56,561 bases of DNA from a virus (lineage: Duplodnaviria; Caudoviricetes), in IMG/VR virus record IMGVR_UViG_3300033149_005620, positions 1 through 56,561 of that record. One strand, given 5' to 3'. The notes under the pieces are model-generated. The model had not been told where the DNA came from. It saw nothing but the letters and a program-made list of their open reading frames with translations, and did not search any database. Made by a program: the position numbers and the translations under genes. Positions 35,458 through 44,100 of this stretch are shown one piece after another. The stretch's first letter is position 1. Each line of letters opens with the position of its first letter.

Positions 35458-38025
35458 TTATTTCCTATATTTCCAAGCAAAATCCAGATTTGATGCACCA
35501 GGGTCATTCTCACAGTTTACCGTAAAAGTTGTATCGCCAATACTATCTACCCAGATTGCCCCTGGGGTATTTGTAGGATTTTCTATTAGAGTAATGGTTA
35601 TATCTTGTGGGTCGGGGGTAAATCCTAATCCATGAGTAATAACCTTGCTTGTTGTTCCACTGGCAATTGTCCCCGTCCCTGATGCATACGGCTTTTCCCA
35701 TTCTACAACGTAGATTTTATTCCCCGCTGAGACCTCCGTTGTTGCTCCAAGTGCACCTGTAATGTCTATAGTATCAGCATCGACAATCGTTGCGATTGTA
35801 GTACTATGAACATAAGGACTAGACTCATCTGTATCTTTGAAAATGTGAATTACGTCTCCAACTGCCATATTAGATGTTGATCCATTTATAGTAATCGTAT
35901 CAGTGTCGTCCACTGAGGCAATTGTATCTTCTATACGCTTTCTAAGAACCAACCCCCCAGTGTCAACTTTATCAGTAGCAGTATAATAACGCATCTTCGC
36001 GCCTAAATAGGTAACGGGATTAGCCCAAGCATTACCATTCCAATAGCCTACATCACAAAATGGCAGAGGGCCTTTGTTTCCAGTGGCTCCAAAATTGTAA
36101 GGTGTGGTAAAACCGTAAAAGTTATTCTTTTCAACTACTGCATCTATAAAATTTGAACCTGTTACCCGAATAGCATAATCCATATTGCCTGATTCATCGG
36201 CAATTGTATTGCCAACAACTGTAACACCGTAACATAGATCAAGGTTATACAGACGAATTCCCTGATTCATAGGACCTGTTTCGCCTGATTTAGCTGTGAT
36301 AGTGTTTCCTGAAATTGTCCCAGAAACCGTCGCACCAACTAATACAATCCCAGCACCATGAGTCCAATTATCTTCCAAGCCGTAAATCACATTTCCTGTA
36401 AGCGAGAAATTTCTGATATATTGAGCAAAAATCCCTGCATTTCCAGCGGATGTTGTGTGCTTATTGAAGCCAGTAATGATATTGTCTGACACTACTACAT
36501 CTGAAATAGCATCAAAATCTGTCCAATCGCCTGCCACAGGTTGACCAGAGATTTGAATGCCGGAATTATTAGCACCTGTGCCAGACCAAGTATCCGTTGA
36601 GGTGCCTTCAAGATAATTTCCAATGATCCTTACATTCTTAACTATATTTGTGCTGCCTGCCAGCCCAACATCAATCCCCTGGCGAACATCTTTTATGACA
36701 TTGCCTATAATCTCAAGATCGTCACAGTCATGAGACATAATGCCATCCCAGGCCCGAGGACCTGTTATCTTGTTAAAATTGATTGAGGAATATTCAAGCG
36801 GGCTGCCGCCATCATTATCACCTGTTGCTTGGATAGCATAACAATTCTGCTTCCCTGTTTCCTGATTGTCGTAAATAGTATTTTTATCAAAATGAAATTT
36901 TGTATTGCTCGTGCCATTCAGTGCAACACGCTGGTAGTTATGCAGCTCGTTTCTCTCTACCCATACACGATCCGAATTAGCAATCCAAACCAAATCAAAG
37001 CCGGTCATTACCTCAAGATCAGTTACTCTGACATCTGTGCAACCATCAAAATGGATTAATCCTCTGTCTGTAAGCTGCTCTGTAACCAATCTGCCAACCA
37101 GTTTTCCGCCTCGGCCATCAATGGTGATATTATTTTTTGAAGAAGCATAAAAAGTATTTTTATCTGTGCCGGTCTGAGTTAGTACCACACCTGGGAGAAA
37201 GTCAATCCACTGACCATCTTGTATTGTAATTTTATCTGTAAGGCTGACATCATGAGTGCAGGTGATATGGCAATTTGCGTTGCCAAAAGCATCTTGATAA
37301 GCATCAGTGTCAGACCCGTACCAGCCGGTATATATGTGCCCTGGAACAGAATAGGCGATTGATCCATCACCATCAAAAATCTGTTGTGTTGCCGGCGCAT
37401 TAATATTCTCCGGCGAATAAATCGTTACCGTCACTCCAGCAGCAGGAGAGAGGAGGGCACCGTTTTCGAATTGAAACGTTACGTTGGTGTAGGAAGAAAT
37501 GTCGTAGGTGGTGTTGACCGTGTAGGTGGTGGTGTTCGAGGAGCCGTTATGGGTGAACGCCACGGTCGCTTTTTTGCTGGTGCCTAGTGCCGTAAGGAGG
37601 TCGTAAAGTGACGATCCGTTTCCAGCAGCGCCATGGTCACTTTCCGAGGGGTTAGGATAGAGATTGTAAGATCCCCCTCCCCCCACGAATTCCACGTTAT
37701 CCATGGTCCAGATAGTGACATCGGACGAATCTTTAAGGACAAGCTTGTAAAGCCCGGACCCATAGATCGTCGCCTCACCGCGACTATCCAAAATGACAGG
37801 ATTGGTGTTGGGCGTCGAAAGGTTGCGGTCAGAGTATGTAGCCTTGCTTGTCGTGGTACCCGGGAGATAGCTGTAGAGCTTTCCTCCGGCAAGGGGTACA
37901 CCGGAAGAGTCGAACGCTTGAAACTTGGGATTGGACATGAGGGTTCCCGCCCAAGAAAGGTGGGCGAGAAGCATAAAGATAATCAGAAGCGCCTGAAAAA
38001 CGATTTTTAAGTGCCTGGATTTCAT
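35458..38025 (-). CDS. Tailspike/receptor-binding protein with parallel beta-helix
   Basis: Head-binding domain PKFQAFDSSGVPLAGGKLYSY...NTNPVILDSRG; many pectin-lyase-like IxGNxI repeats; AT-rich C-terminal part. Confidence 0.85.
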   Translation of the reverse strand: MKSRHLKIVFQALLIIFMLLAHLSWAGTLMSNPKFQAFDSSGVPLAGGKLYSYLPGTTTSKATYSDRNLSTPNTNPVILDSRGEATIYGSGLYKLVLKDSSDVTIWTMDNVEFVGGGGSYNLYPNPSESDHGAAGNGSSLYDLLTALGTSKKATVAFTHNGSSNTTTYTVNTTYDISSYTNVTFQFENGALLSPAAGVTVTIYSPENINAPATQQIFDGDGSIAYSVPGHIYTGWYGSDTDAYQDAFGNANCHITCTHDVSLTDKITIQDGQWIDFLPGVVLTQTGTDKNTFYASSKNNITIDGRGGKLVGRLVTEQLTDRGLIHFDGCTDVRVTDLEVMTGFDLVWIANSDRVWVERNELHNYQRVALNGTSNTKFHFDKNTIYDNQETGKQNCYAIQATGDNDGGSPLEYSSINFNKITGPRAWDGIMSHDCDDLEIIGNVIKDVRQGIDVGLAGSTNIVKNVRIIGNYLEGTSTDTWSGTGANNSGIQISGQPVAGDWTDFDAISDVVVSDNIITGFNKHTTSAGNAGIFAQYIRNFSLTGNVIYGLEDNWTHGAGIVLVGATVSGTISGNTITAKSGETGPMNQGIRLYNLDLCYGVTVVGNTIADESGNMDYAIRVTGSNFIDAVVEKNNFYGFTTPYNFGATGNKGPLPFCDVGYWNGNAWANPVTYLGAKMRYYTATDKVDTGGLVLRKRIEDTIASVDDTDTITINGSTSNMAVGDVIHIFKDTDESSPYVHSTTIATIVDADTIDITGALGATTEVSAGNKIYVVEWEKPYASGTGTIASGTTSKVITHGLGFTPDPQDITITLIENPTNTPGAIWVDSIGDTTFTVNCENDPGASNLDFAWKYRK

Positions 38026-38044
38026 GACAAATCTCCTTTTTGGT

Positions 38045-38074
38045 AAAAAAACAGGCGGCGCTGAAGCGCCGCCT
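38045..38074 (-). terminator. Intrinsic terminator after the giant gene
   Basis: AGGCGGCGC-TTCA-GCGCCGCCT followed by GTTTTTTT on the minus strand. Confidence 0.8.
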
Positions 38075-38085
38075 CGGTCATCGCA

Positions 38086-38135
38086 AAGTATGGCAAGTCG
38101 TGGCAGTTTATGGCGTTTTATGGCATCTTATGGCA
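38086..38135. repeat. Five 10-bp tandem units NNNNNTGGCR
   Basis: aagtatggca agtcgtggca gtttatggcg ttttatggca tcttatggca. Confidence 0.75.
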
Positions 38136-41100
38136 TCGCCTGCCTTAGGCGTTCCCTTTTTGGGGGCCGGAATGCCCGCCTGATATTGTTTCGTATGGAT
38201 TTCCGGGTGATGAGGGGTGCGAGGCGCTCAAGCCCGTGCGCCCTTACCGCTTCGTTGTAATCTTGAATTTCAGCGATGATATCCAACCAATCCGCCTTGG
38301 ACCGTTCAGATAGGGGACGCAGGTAAAAGCGCTTGATCTTGGCGTAGATATCCGTCCTCATTTCTCGATATTTCTGTTCAATGCGCCTCTCCTTCCATTG
38401 CTTCTCCCTAATCCCCGCGATCCTTGCGGGATTAAAGGAGAGAGCTCTGTAAAGTGCATCAATCGTCTCCGGGAGGAGCGGTTCATTGCCCCAGAAGACG
38501 GGTGCATTGTTTCTGGTGGTCACCCCCTCTGTGGTCTCTCTATATGCCTTTACTATTCCGGCCATGAAGAGCGGTAGTTCATTTTCGATGCCCTTTAGGA
38601 CGTCGCCACGCAAAATGCTTTGTGGACCGCGGTAGAATGTTTCAGATATGACGCTTCCAGGAGCGCCAAGGATTTCGGGTATCGTCGTTGGGATGTCGGT
38701 AATTCCGATCTGAAGCGAACCCTTAAGGGATACGCCTGCGAGACCGAAAGCGCCGAACCTGCCGAATCGCTCAGCGTATTCGCCAAAATTCCGGTTCAAC
38801 CAGTCGTAAAATTTTTCCTCTGGGTCTTCTCCGCCTATGCCCAGGGCTTGAGCGATTGCCGTTATGATAGGCGTAGAGACAGTCGCCCCAGTCCCGGCCA
38901 GCACGGCTGGACTCAGGAGCATCCACGAAAAAGCCTTTGCGTGCTCGGGCTTCCAGCCGGGACCCCACACTCGCTTCATGGTCAGAAGGTAGTTGTGCGA
39001 AAAGGTCCGGAATACGTAAAACATTCTGGCAATTTGCGCGGCAGGATTGGCGCCCCTAGCGAGGTATGGGATATTCGCCTTTCCGTAAACTCCGTGAGCC
39101 TTGTCTGAGACCTCCTTTGCAATGCGCAGGGCTTCGTCGTGGTTAAAGCTCCCTTGGGGTGTTTGGAGCTTCAATCCAAGGTAAGTGCCTGCAATTGTCG
39201 AAACCCTGTTGAGTTGCTCGGTAGCCCCGAAGCCGAGCATGGCCCATTCGATTGCCCTGTTCCACCCTCGGCCTAGCTTGCTCTCAAGAACTGACAGCGC
39301 TTCGCGATTGTATTGCGACTTGTGCCAGCCTTTCTGTTCGATCTCCTCAAAAAGGTCCTTGACGTGCTGCGGTAATTTATCCTTGTCACCGAATTTATAG
39401 TGGCCGTAAAGCCTGGAGGCGTTGCCGATGAGACGGAAGGTCTTGTGTATCGGGATCCCAGCGATACCTTCCATAGCTGCCGGGACTGACGTTACCATGG
39501 CAGTGAGGTTCACCAAGGGGGCGCTGATGCGGCCGCCTAGATATTTCAGCACCGCCACGCCCTTGACTGTGCCCACGAACCGGTCAATCCACTCTTCGTT
39601 CCTGAGCACGTCCTGCAGGTACGCTTTGCCTTCCCTGAAGGCATTGGGCTGTTTCGTGGGGTTGACCCGCCGGTCCTCCACCATGTTGAGCCACTCCTCA
39701 TACGTGGCGTCCTCGCCCTCAAGGGTCTTGTACTGCTGCCAGGTAATGTCTGTGCCAGTGAACGCTCGAACCATGTCAAGCGCTGCGATCCTTTTAGCCT
39801 CCCCTGCGGCCAACCCCGACGCATATTTCGCCGCGGCAATAGCCGGGTCCTCCTCATAACCGATCCAGACATCCTTGCCCTTGGCCATTTGGCGCTGGAT
39901 CATGTGGGCACGGTGCCCACGACCCTTTATGATGTTGGCCACTTGCTCGGCCATGGCTTTTGCGAACAGTACCTGCACCTCTTGGTCAACTATGCCAACT
40001 GAGTTGGCCAGCGCCTTTGCGACCTTTTTGTCGAAATTCGGGCCAGGGTTGTAGAAATGCCAGGCCCTCGGCTCCCCTTCATACGCTGAATAGAACTTTC
40101 CGCCCAGCTCCTTAAAGACCCGTGTCATCCTCTTGGATGTCGGTCCGGTGATAACGAAGTCCCTGAGCCCTGGCCTTACCATCCTGTCGGTCCACTGGAG
40201 GTTAAAGTCCTCTAAAGATAGTCCGCGCGCATGTATACGCTCAAGGGCCTGATTGATCTGCGCCTGCATGGCAATGACCTGGCCTGCCATTTCGAAGACG
40301 TCTTCCGGCATCTTGGGGGAGAGATCCTTCGTGACGGTGTACCCTTTCCTTTGGAGTTCTGTGTGCCGCTTGGCAAGAAGCGTTTTGGTGTCAAAGAATT
40401 CCATGATCGGGTTTTCGCCCTTCTTTTCGGCGTACAGCACGAATCGCCCGGGCCTTCTTATGCGCGGGAAGTAGTAACCTCGCATATCCCCCATCATGGC
40501 TAGGGCGGTTTTGAGGTCAACTTCTACCCTTTTGTTGTCCAGCCTGACCGCTACTGAGGGTAGTGCCGTACCCGACTCCTCATATTGGCTGATAATTTCG
40601 CGCATCGAAGCTGACAGGATATTAAAGCCTTTATGCATGATTAGCCGGAAGGACACCACCGCGTCAACGGCTTGGTCGGGAAAGCCGCGCTTTCTAAGGT
40701 CCTGAGCCTCCATTTGAACGGCAGCGCCCCATGCCTTGGCCTCAGAGTCATAACTGCCCACTAACTGGCCGTTTGGTTTCCTGAGCTTCCATAGGTCGCT
40801 ACCCTCGTCTTTCTCAACCCTGTACCCTATTTGGTTGCGGTCGCGGTTGACTAGGTACGCCTTGACCTTAGCGTAGTCCTGTTTGTGGCGCTTTCTGAAG
40901 TCCTCCAGCTTTTTGGTAAGGTATTCACCTTTACTGTTCTTGGTTAGGAGATTCAGGTACTCATAGTAGGTGTCGGGCCTGGCAAGAGCCGCCTCGTACA
41001 TTCTCCTTAAAGCGGGGACCTTCTCAAAGTGATGTGCCGGCACTGATATGAGGCGGTCGAGGACCGTGGTATCTGGCTTTTGAGCTTTCCACCCAGCTTT

Positions 41101-44100
41101 GCGGTTCTTCCATATTTCCCCAAGCGTGCGGAGGGGGCCTAAGGACCCCCTTGAAAAACCCTGTTCGTATTTCTTCTCTTCAGCCTGAAAAGTGCCTTTG
41201 CGTCCGCCGTATTTTTCCCAGGTCTCGATCACGTGCCTGTTCCAGTCATCAAATGTGCCTGAGAAATGCTTGGTCGGAACTATGCGGGGCTCGACTTCTG
41301 CTTCTTTCCCCGGGGGCTCCGCCAAAGAGAAAGCCGTCGTAGTCTCTTCGATCTCTGGTGCGCCAAAATGCGGGACATACTGCCCGGTGACCATTTTGCC
41401 CCAGATATCCTCGGGACGGGTAAAACCCTGTCCCTTGAGCCCGTTCCTAATGATTTGCAGGTAGCGGCGCAACCTCATCATGATTGCGCGGATCATGTTG
41501 GGCTTATCTTTGAGCGATGAGCGATTCACCATGAATTCCGCAAAGGCATCCGCAGCGGCCTCCTCGCTACCAAAATATTTTATCAAGTGCTCCGCATCGG
41601 ATTTTGTCAGTAGCCATCTCTGGGCCACGTGCATGTATTCGTGATAGGTGGTGCGTTCCAGCCCTTTCAAATTCTGAAGCGACAGGGCAAGTTCCATAAT
41701 CGCGCGATAATCGTCAAAGGTGGTAGCACCAAAAATCTGGCGTATCCCCATGCCCTGTTCCTGCCACTCCTTCACTGACTTGGCAATATTTTTTCCGCTC
41801 AAGGAGATTATGGGCTTTAGCTCTACATCAATGCGCTCAAGCACTTCGGGAGGTGCTCCGGCTTTTTCGAGCCAGGAGTGAACCAGCTTGGCGGTCCTTT
41901 TGATATTTCGGAATTGGCGCGGGGATAGGCGGTATGGTTGTTCGCCGCGGAGAGCTAGTTTGGTTTCGGAAAGAAGCGTGGCATATTTTGTGGGACCTTT
42001 GCCACGCCCTTGTCGCGAAGCCCACGATTGGGCTTCCCAAAATACGTCTACTATCGTCAAACCTTCAATTCCGTTCCACAGGGCATTGACGTAGTCCGAG
42101 CGCGCCTGGGTTAGCACGCTGTTGTTGACGATCATTCCGCTGGCGTTGGTGGCTTCGGCGATCCTTAGAACGTCGGCGGTGGTCTGCTTCATGCTTCTGC
42201 CTTTGATAAAGGGCACAAAGGCAAGCACCCTGTTTTTGCGGTCAAGGAGCATAACGCCATCGTCATTATTGAATTGCTCCTTCAGGGCTTTGAGCGCGTC
42301 CTCCGAATCGACGATTCTAGTCTGTGGGGCGCCGCCGAGAAGCAGGCTGCGCTCTTTCACCGGAAGGCTAATTTTGCGAATTCTGGGGCGGATCTTCCTT
42401 GTTGTCTCTGCCACTTCCCCTGGGCGCATCTCAACGTATTCGGTTCCACCAAGAATAAGTGATGTCAGTTCCACATCGCCAGCCTCAAGAAGGCTCCTGA
42501 CGCTTGAAGTTATCTGGTAATCTTCTTTGCCTGGTTTCGGGTCACCTGTGGGATGGTTGTGGACGAGATAAGCTTCAGATGCCCCAGGTATGTTCAGTAT
42601 CCGCCCAGCAAGTTCAACGGGGTTGGCTATGGCACCGGCGCTGTGACCCTTGGCGTACTTGTGGATCTCAAGGATTCCACCTTCTTTATCAGTCGTTACC
42701 GTGTAAAGGAATTCTTGTGGCGATTTTCTGAGGAAGGCGAGGAGGGCTGCAACATCCTCTGGGCCTGATACGAGTTCTCCCGCCGCTCTAATTCGTCCGG
42801 TTGTGGAAACTCGCACACGTCTACGGGGAGGTACTTTACGATCCTCTTGCCGTTCGGCAGGCTTGAAATCAAATAGTGAATATTGCTCTTGGGGCGTGGT
42901 AGGTGCATAAATGTATTGTGCCCCGCTTTCACCTATCTTGTCAACACCTCTCTCAAAAATATCAAGCGTTTCCCCCTTCTCCGGGGCAAGCAGACTCTTC
43001 TGTTTGCCGGTGGTAGGGGGTTTAACCTTTTCTTTGGGGATAGCGGCTTTAGGCTTGAGGTATTGCTGAAAGACTCGGGCGGCCTTTGCCTGGTCAATCG
43101 TAAAGGTTTCCGGGTCAAAGCCCAGTTCTTTGAGGCCCTCCCAGGAGCCTTCGACTTCGTAGTAGATCCGGCCTTCACTGTCCCTGCCTCTTATGAGCTT
43201 GCGGCCATCGGGGAGTTTAATGATTTCTCGATCCCCTTCCCGATATGCCTTGATGGGCTTTTCAATCTCGCCTTTTGCCCTCAGTAATTCGACCCTCTCT
43301 TGAGGCGTTGGCTCGGTCGGTTTGAGTTCAAGGGCTGGTCTTGCAGCCTTCTCCCTTGGCTGTGCTTTCTCGACTTCTTTGGGTTTCTGCGCAGCCTCCA
43401 GCTTACTCAGTGTAACGGAATCGTATATCTTATACCAGTCTTTCGCGTCCATGCCCGGCTTTAAGCCAGTCTTTCTAATCCAGTGGCTCCAGGATTCCTG
43501 CCTACCAACACCCTTGGCTTTAAGTTCCGCTGCGAACTCTTCGGGGTTTAGCGGTACTACCTTAATTTTCAGCCTTGCTCCCAAAAGTTCCTTGTGCGCT
43601 TCATCCAGTGTTATTAGGCCGCGCTTCAACCGATCAATCGTCCCGTAAAAACCTTTGGCTTCAAGTTGCTTCACGATGTCTTCATAGGATTTTTTGGACG
43701 CGGATGGGGGAATCCTGCGACTTGTCCAAGTGGTCCGCCCATTTGGTTCCCTCTGAAGGACGTAGACAAGGCCCTTTTCGTCGTCATAGAGCTTCCAGGT
43801 CTCAGCGCTTTCCCTTCCCGTACCGGGCAGGCGTTCGACCCGAGCCCCGGCTTTCTTGGCTTTTTCAATAGCCCTGATAATCTTTTCACGCGGGGTGTAA
43901 TGCCATTTCTTTTCCGTGGGATCCCACACGCTTTGCTGCACAGCGTGAACCCATCCAATGGCATCGTCTATAGATTTGCTCTCAGGAGGGCTCTTTCTGG
44001 CGGGGGGTCTTTCTGCCTGCTTCTCTTCGGCGGGTTTCAGGCCGAGCTCTTTATCAAGCCAGTCCTGGTCTTCTTGGGAAATCTCCTTCCATGCTTCGTC

